A stretch of DNA of 62,224 nt, filler included, from Pirum gemmata (Eukaryota), in assembly GCA_002812295.1 (NCBI GenBank). It is 16 parts of 16 records of this genome, joined end to end, with 100 filler letters (N's around TTAATTAATTAA, not from the genome) between each part and the next. Parts side by side here need not be neighbours in the genome. Positions count along the whole stretch, not along the records: positions 25,937 to 29,435 come from PDIN01002391.1; positions 29,536 to 33,024 come from PDIN01002392.1; positions 33,125 to 37,769 come from PDIN01002393.1; 13 more parts are not named here. One strand, written 5' to 3'. Under the pieces are notes generated by a model. The model was given only the letters and a program-made list of their open reading frames with translations. It had not been told where the DNA came from and made no database searches. Of this stretch, positions 25,939 to 36,609 are shown piece after piece; within the stretch, counting starts at the first letter, position 1; every line of letters starts with the position of its first letter. Position numbers and translations under genes: made by a program.

Positions 25939-27238
25939 AATAATAATAATAATAATAATAATAGTGACATAAACTGTAATGGTTATATTAGTCCAATTTC
26001 TAAAAACAAAACCAAGGCTGAAAATATAATTACAAAAAAGAACATACCAAGTAACGACAGCAGTATTAGCAATAAAAAAAACAAAAATATTGACAACGAT
26101 AATTATGATGATGAGCGTAACAGGAAACATTTTAATAATAGTAATGACGAAGATAATAATAACAAATACAACAATACAGGGTTGGCAGACAGAAAAAAAT
26201 CCGATATAGGTATTAATAATAGTGATACCATCAGAAATAATCTTAAAGACCCACATATAGTTAATAAGCCTGATGATATTATAAAAACCAAAGTGAACTG
26301 TAAAGTCACTGGTAATACTAATTTTAGTATTGTTAACGATAATAATTGTATCAAGGATGATGATGGCAACAACAAAAACACCGAAAACAGTAACAAAAAT
26401 ACCAATTCTTCGGCAAGAGGTAAAATTAAAAATCGTGCTTTTAGCTATGATCCAAAGTTTAATAATAATTTGGTAAATGATAACAAGGACGGTGGTCAAA
26501 ATTTTGATGATAAGCAGCTATTAAAACAAGTAAAACCAGAACAAGAAAAAAAATCAAAATCAAAAACCCAAACCCAAACCCAAACCCAAACCCAAACCCA
26601 ACCAACAGAACAACCATCTCTTTACGAACAACAATCACAAGCGAAACAATTAAAATCTCATGTTCTCACGGCAGAGTCTATGCAACTTGCTATGCAATCA
26701 TTGCATCAACATGAGTTACAGCAAATGCAGCTACAACAACAGCGATTTCAGGATCAAATACACTTTCAGATACAACAGCAAATACAACAACAACAAATAC
26801 TACAGCAGCAAATACAACAACAGCCCATTCAACAACAATCACAATATCAACAAACAAAAGAAGAAAAAGAAGCGGAAAATAAACAACACAACGGATTGTT
26901 AGAGCTTCAAGAACAGCAAATTCAAATACTTCAAGAATTGAAACAACAAATGAAAAATATCAAGAATCTACACCACTCTCAACTTACACAACAACAACAA
27001 CAACAACAATTACAACAGCATCAGCATCAAATATACCATGAAGAGCAACAGCGACATCAGCACGAACAGAGACAGATATACAATCAAATGAAGAAACAGC
27101 TACATCAGCATAACTACCAACAACAACAGCAGCAAGAGAACGGGCAACAAAACCAAAACCAAAACCAACCAAAGCAACGGCTAGAAACCCAAATACAGAG
27201 GGATGTGCAATACCAAATAAAGCAGCATATACAAAGCG

Positions 27239-27276
<38 letters not shown>

Positions 27277-27535
27277 AACCATACCGAAAAGGAGTTAGAA
27301 AACATTCATCAGGTATATCTTCAATATCAACAGCAACAACACGTACAACACGAGCTACTCCAAATCCGATTACAACAAATACAACAGCAGCAACAGCAGC
27401 AATTCCAACACCAACAACAAATGCAGCAGCAAATGCAACAACAAATGCAGCAACAGCAACAAACACTTAATCAGCAGCAGCAACAAAAACAACTTAAGCA
27501 ACATCTCAAACAGAAAGTTAAAATGCATTTTGAGC

Positions 27536-27594
<59 letters not shown>

Positions 27595-28885
27595 CCACAA
27601 CCACAACCACAACCACAACCACAACCACAACCACAACNNNNNNNNNNNNNNNNNNNNNNNNNNNNNNNNNNNNNNNNNNNNNNNNNNNNNNNNNNNNNNA
27701 CAACCACAACCACAACCACAACCACAACCACAACCACAACCACAACCACAGCCACAGCCACAACCACAGCCACAGCCACAGCCACAGCCACAGCCACAAC
27801 CACAACCACAGCCACAACCACAAAACATTAACGGAAAAACGTTTAATGAAAACAAAAAAACAGCAATCATTAAAAATGAAATTGACAACCACAATAACTC
27901 TAATACTGCACAAAAAGCTTTAAGATTGGCGATACAATCAAGGCGTAATCCCGATTACAGCAAAAACTATAAATCATTTATAAATGAACTACTACAATTC
28001 ACTAATATGGAGAAAATACAGTTAAGAAAGATGGCAGTTAGATTAATTGAAAATCTACCCACAACATCGATTTTTACCAAGCAAACTGAAATAGAAAGTC
28101 TCTGGTCCAACAAACGAAAGGTAAATGGCATAGCGAAGGTGTTTTTACGAATGGAGTGTTTGGCATTTTTCCAGCAAACTTATAATATTCACCATAGTAA
28201 TTATAATCATAATAATGCTAGCGGCATTGGGAATAATAATGAAAATAGTTGGGATACACACGACAGCAATTTAAGTTTTAACAGTATCAACTTCAACACT
28301 TTTGATTTAGTCAACGACAGTATTGTTGTTAATAATGATACACCTTATAGCTACTATCACCAATGTCAAGTTCTTACTACTAGCAGTAGTAATGATAGTG
28401 GTAGCAGTAGTAGTGGTAATAATTGCTGCTTGAATGAAAAGAGGATGAAGTTAAATAGGCTTAAAGTTTTGTATTTTACTTCTTGTTCTACCAGAACTTT
28501 GAAAAATGTTGGAAAGCAAGGATTCCTTTCAACAGAGCTCCGCAGTAAAAAAAATACTGATAATGAAAACAATACTACCTCAAACAGTGGGAAATATTTA
28601 GAAATCGACAATATAAAATTAGCCGAGAAGCAGGGCTTATACATAATGTCTTCTGGTTTATCGATTGCAGATTTGGTTGAGCAACAAAAACTTCAGCGAC
28701 AACAACAACAACAACAACAACAACAAGGTTTATGTAAGGTGATAATCAGTCTAGTTGACGTTGGAAATTGTGCAACTATGTCCTTATCATTTAATGAATA
28801 TATGAGGTCCTGCCCTTCTTTAACTAAAGAGCTTATGAAATTAGGATACGATAGTGTTGCTCTTTCACCTAAGCTTTCAAATAGT

Positions 28886-28919
<34 letters not shown>

Positions 28920-28987
28920 AAAACGTGTTTATACTCTTTCCTTCCAGTAATTGTTTGGCATTGTATGCTTGCAACTATAAAATTTGA
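25939..28987 (+). CDS. Gln/Asn-rich protein with C-terminal degenerate PARP-like (ADP-ribosyltransferase fold) domain; 5'-partial
   Basis: The frame is open from the scaffold start through poly-Q and (QP)n to the N-gap at 27638-27699. It resumes as (QP)n and runs to TGA at 28987. The C-terminal motifs fall in PARP order: LKVLYFTS...GF, GLYI, CKVIISLVDVG, GYDSV, NVFILF...LALYACNY. Confidence 0.8.
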
Positions 28988-30788
28988 AAATGATGTAAAA
29001 TAGGGTAAAAAATAATATTAGTTAAATGTTTCGAAAAATAAAGGTAGGTGGTGTGTATAGCTGTGTGTATAAAGGCTAGACCCCTACTACACTATTTTTT
29101 TTTTTTTTTTTTTTTTTTTTTTCATTTTTTTTTTTATCAATAATTTTATTATCAATATGCATGACCGTGGCTAGCTAGCCCTCTAGCTAGTAGCTAGCTG
29201 GTAGCTAGTTTCCCGCAGCCCCATGTCCCTTTTCCTTGTTGTTTTCGAAGTTTAGTTTACTTATGTATAATGTACTTGTTTGTTTGTTTTATTTTGCGCT
29301 ACTAGACTAAGCGAAAAGTGGGGATAAATTATTATTTAATCATAATATATATCATGTGCCCTAAATCCATAATGATATAATATTATACTATTATAATATG
29401 TATAAAAAAAATAAAAAAAATCTATTATTATTATTNNNNNNNNNNNNNNNNNNNNNNNNNNNNNNNNNNNNNNNNNNNNTTAATTAATTAANNNNNNNNN
29501 NNNNNNNNNNNNNNNNNNNNNNNNNNNNNNNNNNNAATAATAATATTAATAATAATAATATTAATAATAACGTTTTAACGTAAGTCAGATGGATAATCTT
29601 CATAATTATTCCTTTTCTCGGTAAACTAATTGTTAATTAATTAAAATCAAATTTAAATTTTTATCATTACAATAATTCATGAATACTAATAATAAGACTG
29701 GTCGAAAAGGGAAATGGAAGGAGCCGTTATGATTTCTTTTAATTATTAAAATAAGGTTACATCCATTCATTACTAGTTTCTCCTTCGCCAAGAGGTATAT
29801 TATAATATACGTAATCGCATATTATATCAATATTGTCTGAATTATCCATAAATTACAATAATATTATAACCGGGTACTTGTATGATTACACTTGATAATT
29901 GCAATAATATGTTTAAAACGTCCTAGCTATAGTCTTCGTAGATCATTTTCGTATTGTGGATTCGATTTCTATCGATATTACTTCATACTTAAATTTCTTT
30001 ATTATAATTTTATAAGTTTTATATAAAATAAACGTTATTTTGTTTGTTTTTCTTCTTTTTCTTTTCTTTTCTTTCCTAACCCTTTGTGTTATTGTGTTAT
30101 CGTATTATTGTTTTATTGTTTTGTTGTTTTGTTGTTTTGTTGTTTTGTTGTTTTGTTGTTTTGTTGTTTTGTTGTTTTGAACCATATCTAAACATGACCA
30201 TAACCATAGCCATATAGCCATAGCCACCATAATCTACTAGTACTACTTCCTATTTCTATTCCTCCTATTCCTTCTACTACTAATTAATTAAACTCTGCTA
30301 ATTTGCCTGCATCAATACAGAGCTATCATATCACAGTTACTATCACACCATAATAATGACAGACACTCACAGACTACTATGAAAATATTAATTAATATAT
30401 TATATATCATAATAATTTTGTAAACCAAAAAAAAAAGTAGCCAGTAATGTAATACCTTTATGGTTCAAAAACTGGTCCAAATTCTAAAAACTAAGTTTTA
30501 ATAATTAAAAAAATTGTATTAAAATAATTAGTTTTTAACTTGGACCAGTTTTTGAAATGTACGAAACGCTAAGTAATTTATATTTATATAAGGTATAATA
30601 TGATATATTATATATAATCATGACACCTGATATTAATACAATAGTATCATGATATATAATTTATAAAAGAAAGCAAAATAATTACTAAATATAAGTCACT
30701 TAGTTATTATACTGTTATTATCATATTTCCTTATTGCCTATATGATACTAGATCATTTATCATAAAAAATAATATCGATATCATAATA

Positions 30789-30935
30789 GGGAGCGCGTTT
30801 AAATACTACGTAACGCCAACTTCTGGTCAAATACAGCTTCAAATACCCCTACCTACCTACGACTCGACGTTAATTTCCGGTCAAATACCACCTACCTACC
30901 TACCCCTTGACGTGAATTATTATTTGAACGCTCCC
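30789..30935. mobile_element. ~147-bp MITE family C (PIF/Harbinger/Tourist-like ends)
   Basis: GGGAGCG(CG)TTTAAATA...TATTTGAACGCTCCC TIR. Other copies at 19493-19631 and 24304-24700. The superfamily call rests only on terminal resemblance. Confidence 0.7.
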
Positions 30936-31634
30936 ACAGAACGAAAATATAGGATCGCATAATGACGTCATGGATATTCAGCAAACCAATTTTTTGAAAA
31001 AACCAACACAGCTACCACAGCCACCCAAGAGTGCAAACCAGCTGCGGCCAATCCCGTTTGACATTCTATAATAAGCCAGTGGTTGTAACGTCATGGTAAC
31101 GTAGTGATGACGTAACTTTAATTAATGAGGACTGACGTTCCCGCCCCCCACTTTTTTTCACTTTGAAGTTTGCACAACCCAAAATGTGGCGTACCCTCTG
31201 AGGTCCCTCTCAGGGCTCTACCTACTAAACGTGCCCTTGAAAAGTCCAAACGGCCAAACGAAAATTACAAGTGTAGGCGTCGTGACGTCATGGAGATTCA
31301 TCCAAAGAATTTTTTTTGGAAAAACCAACCCGAAAAAGGAAAAGAATTGTTGTTATTTTTATTGTTATTGTTGTCATTAAAAAACATTGTTAACTATTGT
31401 TAATATTAATATTAATATTGTTGTTATTGTTGTAACGCTATTATTATTATTGTTGTTATTGTTGTTATTTTTAGGGTTATTTTTAGGGTTATTGTTAGGG
31501 TTATTGTTAGAGTTTTTTCCATTTTTATTGTTTTTACATAATATTATATTATATACTATTATAAATTGGTTTATAAATAAATGTATAATATAGCTAGATT
31601 CAAAATAATGGGTTGAGATATATATACGACAGTA

Positions 31635-31850
31635 TCATTTTCGAATTCTACAGCCTATTTTGGTAATGTCTTTAATTTCCAAATCATTGGAAGAACAACC
31701 AAGTTCAGTTTTGTGCATTAATTGTTGAAAAATTGGCGCGGTCTCGTTCCTACACTTTTCTAAATACTTTTCCTCTAATAATGTGAAATCATTTTTGAAG
31801 ATATGCAAAGAGTCGGTGTCCACGTATTATACTATACCCGACACGATATA
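31635..31850 (-). pseudogene. Fragment of a family-B (protein-primed-like) DNA polymerase around motif C
   Basis: Reads GIV*YVDTDSLHIFKNDFTLLEEKY...LMHKTELGCSSND. YxDTDS is the polB catalytic motif. There is one in-frame stop just before it. Confidence 0.6.
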
Positions 31851-31853
31851 TAT

Positions 31854-31923
31854 GGGTTAGGGTTAGGGTTAGGGTTAGGGTTAGGGTTAGGGTTAGGGTT
31901 AGGGTTAGGGTTAGGGTTAGGGT
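31854..31923 (+). repeat. (TTAGGG)n array at a contig 3' end
   Basis: Perfect repeats up to the n at 31924. The orientation is compatible with a true telomere. Confidence 0.9.
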
Positions 31924-32011
31924 NAATTGGACACTACTGGAATGTCGTCTTTTTTATCCATCCGGCTTGGTGTAGTCTTGGTGTACTCTTGGTGTAGCTC
32001 TTGGTATGCAT

Positions 32012-32042
<31 letters not shown>

Positions 32043-32164
32043 GTGGTTTTTTAATTAGAATATAAAAGCTAAAAGAAAACAAAACAAACGAGACCAACAA
32101 ACAAACAAAAAAATAAAAATATACAGTTAGGCCATCGTCGATAATATTTACTCAAAAGAAAAAA

Positions 32165-32581
32165 ATGTTTATGTCTCGTACCACTACTGCCTTAGCTTTA
32201 GCCTTAGCTACTGCTTTACCTAATGCTCAATTACAAGTTTCTGCAAAGCAAGACCTGGTTTGTGAGGACCAAGAGTTCTTGGGGTCTTATTTTAGCTATT
32301 GTGCTAACAAGTTGGTGACTATACCTAACACTGATCAGGGAAACGTCACATTCGTTTCCCCGTCTCCCGTGCAGTTTACTTACACTGGTGAAAATTTGAT
32401 ACGAAGTGCGTATAACGATGTTGCAAGATTTCTATGGAAATGTGGAAATTATAGAGAACCAGAAGAAAGAAAATTTAGGTTTAATAGTGGTCGTGATAAG
32501 GTAATAGTGCGAGCTTCCTCTGCTTATCCTAGGACTAGAGCTCCCATAATTTCATGGGAAATTTATAGCTGCAAAAATTAG
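32165..32581 (+). CDS. Small intronless, probably secreted protein of unknown function (138 aa, 4 Cys)
   Basis: ATG in an A-rich context (AAAAATG), a hydrophobic N-terminus (TALALALATALPNA), and non-repetitive, higher-GC coding composition. Confidence 0.7.
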   Translation: MFMSRTTTALALALATALPNAQLQVSAKQDLVCEDQEFLGSYFSYCANKLVTIPNTDQGNVTFVSPSPVQFTYTGENLIRSAYNDVARFLWKCGNYREPEERKFRFNSGRDKVIVRASSAYPRTRAPIISWEIYSCKN

Positions 32582-33299
32582 TATAGCTACTAGACCGGTC
32601 TAGCTAGCTAGCTAGCTAGGACCTTAGCTAGGCCTATTCACAGGCAAAAAGGAGCCATTATTTTACAGAAAAACAACATCAGATAACACTATCAGATAGC
32701 GCACATGCTAGCTAACTACTACGATAGCTAGAGCGGCTAGACTAGCTAGCTAGCTATCCGTAGGACCGTAGATCAAAGAAAGACAGATAATTTATTTTTT
32801 TTAAAATAAAAAAAATGATGACGTAACGGACTGTAACGGGATGTGCGTAGCTTGTACGTCATGCTTTTTTTGGTAAATGTTCTTCCAAATAAAGAACACC
32901 AAAAAAATAAAAACAATAAAAATAATTATTAAAAAAAGCTCTGAAAAGTTGACACCAAATTTATTGTTATTATTGTTATTGTTATTGTTATTGTTATTGT
33001 TATTGTTATTGCTATTGTTATTGTNNNNNNNNNNNNNNNNNNNNNNNNNNNNNNNNNNNNNNNNNNNNTTAATTAATTAANNNNNNNNNNNNNNNNNNNN
33101 NNNNNNNNNNNNNNNNNNNNNNNNACACTCTCGTCAAGCCCGATCCATTCACGGTTTTACTTTTTCGAAAAAAAAAAAAAAAATCGGTCAAAAATTTTGA
33201 AATTTGGCACTAATTAGTCACTAATTAAAAGATATGGAATCAGGTAGAATTCACCAAATAATAAGTATATAATATCATTATCAACCCCCCACCATAACT

Positions 33300-33960
33300 T
33301 CTATCATAGCTAGCTAGTTAGCCACTACCAGCTAGCTAGCTAGCTAGGAGAGACCTAGTAGCTCTAGCTACTAGTAGTAGCTAGCTAGCTAGAGTAGTAG
33401 TAGGAGAGACAGTGGTATCATAAGTATCGATAGACTGTAGACTAGTAGAACTATGAATCTATGATAGAGTCTGTAGCCTCTACTCTCTAGCTAGCTAGTA
33501 GCTAGAGAGCTAGCTAGCTAGCTACTAGCTCTAGACTAGAGCTAGCTATCATTGATAGTAGGTAGTAGTACTCTAGCTAGTAGTAGCTAGCTAGCTAGTC
33601 AGTAGGTAGGCTACTAGCTAGCTGCTAGCTAGTAGCTAATAACCCTAATAACCTAATAACAGTAGCTAGCTAGTAGCTACTAGCTAGCCTAGAGACTGTA
33701 TCAGACTGTAGACTAGCTACCTAGGACTAGCTACCCTACTAGCTAGCTAGCTAGCTAGCTAGCTTCTGATATCATAGCTCTAGCTAGCTAGCTAGCTAGC
33801 TATGATAGCTAGTAGGACCCTGCTAGCTAGCTAGCTAGTAGCTAGGTAGACTGAGTAGACTATCATAGTAGCCTAGCTAGGTCAGAGAGCTACTAGCTGC
33901 TAGCTAGCTAGCTAGTAGCTAGAGAGAGTATATAGACCATCTAGCTAGCTAGCTAGACTT
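33300..33960. repeat. Degenerate (TAGC)n/CTAG-rich low-complexity patch
   Basis: Dense self-complementary TAGCTAGC runs. Similar patches at about 15800-16480, 18720-19300, 19670-19850, 21380-21490, 32580-32760 and 36950-37480. Confidence 0.9.
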
Positions 33961-35125
33961 GGTCTTTTTGCCAACTCTGGTAGTCTATCACTCACTCGCG
34001 CTCTATCACACTACCATGCCCTGCTTCGCCTTTGAGCGGTTGGGTTATTATGATATCGATATATTATGTTATTAGGATTAGGGTTAGGGTTATAGGGTTA
34101 GGGTTAGGGTTAGGGTAAGAATTATTAGGGGTCAGGATTAGGATTTGATTACATTTTATTGACTTGTTTCATTGTAATGTAAGGTGATCATTTGATTATT
34201 TTCGGGGTTTGTTTAGCTATAAGTTTCATAGTATGTAAGCAAGGAGTTCAAGAAAAAAATTATTGCGCTCCTTGTATGTAAGGTGTCTAAAATTAGTAGT
34301 TGTAAAAGAAAAAGCGTATTATAACTACTTAAATACCAAATACAACTGGATTGTAATCATCAATAAGCACATTAGGGTGAGCGTCATATGTATCGGGGAT
34401 CGATTATAAAAGCTTTCTGATATTAAATTCTGTGTTATAGTTAATCTTTTTTAGTTATACATGTTGGTTTTTCTTTAGGATTTTCTAGCTAAGATTGCAT
34501 TATTTTCAGAGTAGAATTATTTTTGGTTTACAAAATACTGTACCAATAAAAGTATAGGCCCGCAACCTACTACTGGGTGATCATGCCCCTTCAGCTTACT
34601 TTTTTTGTGGCAAGAGTATCGAACCTGTGTCCGCCAATAAAAGTATAAAACGACCTGCTGGGCCACCCAAAAGCCACCCGTCCAGCATAATGCTCATTCC
34701 TAGCTAGAGTGCTGATATTATTACATCTAGACCACAAGGGCGATTTTTTATGTTTAACCATAATATTATCAAATAATAAGCAAAAGCAAAACATGTATAC
34801 ACTAAAAGGTGTCCCTTAGTGTACAGATCAAAAAAACAAGTTTAATCACATGTTTGAAGCACAACTAAATAGTAGTAATACCCTATCTAATGACATATAA
34901 AAACAGATAATGTCCATCAGAATTTCTTCAAACCATACAATCCGAATTTTTAGCCCGCGGCACCAAGTAAATAGAATGAATAGAGAAATCAAACGCAAAC
35001 CAAAGAAGTAAGCAAGTATCCCCAACATTTACTTTTGCAAAATTCAATATATAAACAGTTTTGATAAAATATGAGCTATTTTTTCAAATGTATTTTAATC
35101 TAAAAAACAAATTAACAATTAAAAA

Positions 35126-36294
35126 TCAGGCAACAACCTTCACTGCAGTTAAATTATCATTAGAAGCCAGGTAAATAGCGCTTTTCGTAACCACCATACC
35201 ATAAATTTGGGTAGCATTGGCCAATTCTACTATCCTTTGGTCAGCATTATTTGAATTTTGTCCTTTAGGTTTATGATAAATGAAAAGTTGCCTGGGATTG
35301 ATCCAAAAACAAAACAAAATAAAAATAAAAAAGTAAACAACAAACAACAAAACAAACAAAACAAACAAAACAAACAAAACAAACAAAACAAACAAAACAA
35401 ACAAAACAAACAAAACAAACAAAACAAACAAAACAAACAAACAAAGCAAACAAAAAAAAAGAAAAAAGAAAAAAAAAAATAATAATAATAATAATAATAA
35501 CAATAATAAAAAGATGAATAAATTATAATTCATAGTATAACCATTGGATAAGTAACATAAGAAGGTTTAAACTCAGGCCGGGGTTAAAGACAAAAATACA
35601 AAAAAAAACCTTGTGCAGTCACATAAAACGACATAATTTCTGTCAAAATCACTTTGAATGTATTTAATATTTGCCTTTGATTCCAGAATGTACGCAAGAG
35701 CGAAAAAAGTGTCAACGTGGTCGACTTCTACTTAAAAAAATTTTATAGTAATTTGATAAGAACATGATAATGATACTAGCTAAATGATGATGATGATAAT
35801 GATAATGATGGTGACACTGATAATAATGGGAATAGTAATAATACTAACAGCAATAACAATAACACGAACAATGATGCCAACAATAACAATGACAATAATA
35901 AACGCGATTCAGACCTTGATGGTAGTAACGAATAAGCAACGAAAAACACCGAACACAAAGATACTATTTTTAAATTTACATGTATGAAATAATAACAATG
36001 CTTGTGCTAAAATCAGCATTGAAGCAGCTAAGAATAAATCTATATAACGTGTTAACATAATCACACTACTACAACAACAAAACAAAACTTACCAGACAAA
36101 CTATCACTGATTCGAAACAGAACACTGTCAACATCGTTTTGAATAGCAAATAATCCCTCACAAGACCTAGCTTGAAGAGTATTGAACATCCATATATGAT
36201 CTCCAGGGAAAGCTTTATTTTTTATTTCTTTTGAATTTTGATTAATCAGATACAATTGGATAGTATCGCCATCGGTGTGCCCTTCTCCGTCGTC
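35126..36294 (-). CDS. NUDCD1: NudC domain-containing protein 1, last three exons (36294-36093, 35727-35610, 35291-35126)
   Basis: GT-AG introns join in phase. The product has AIQNDVDSVLF, HVDTFFALAYILESK and YVVLCDCTRQLFIYHKP, matching the recalled NUDCD1 C-terminal motifs (RHDVDALLW, HIATFNALGYVQASK, YAALCECLRRVFIYRQP). 5' exons were not found. Confidence 0.85.
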
Positions 36295-36571
36295 CTAATG
36301 TGGAAAAAAATAATAACACATTGTTGAACTTTAACAAAATTCCAAACACTCTTCCCTTAAAAGCTAACAACAATGGTTAGGAGATTTAAAACTGCAGATA
36401 GTGAAAATGATAACAATATAATCCCTAACTCCAAAAACAAAGTTAATAAACTATAATACAACTTCTACATTGGTAATACTGATACTAGCACTAACATTAC
36501 TAATAATAAAAATAATCAAAATAATCAAAATAATNNNNNNNNNNNNNNNNNNNNNNNNNNNNNNNNNNNNN

Positions 36572-36609
<38 letters not shown>

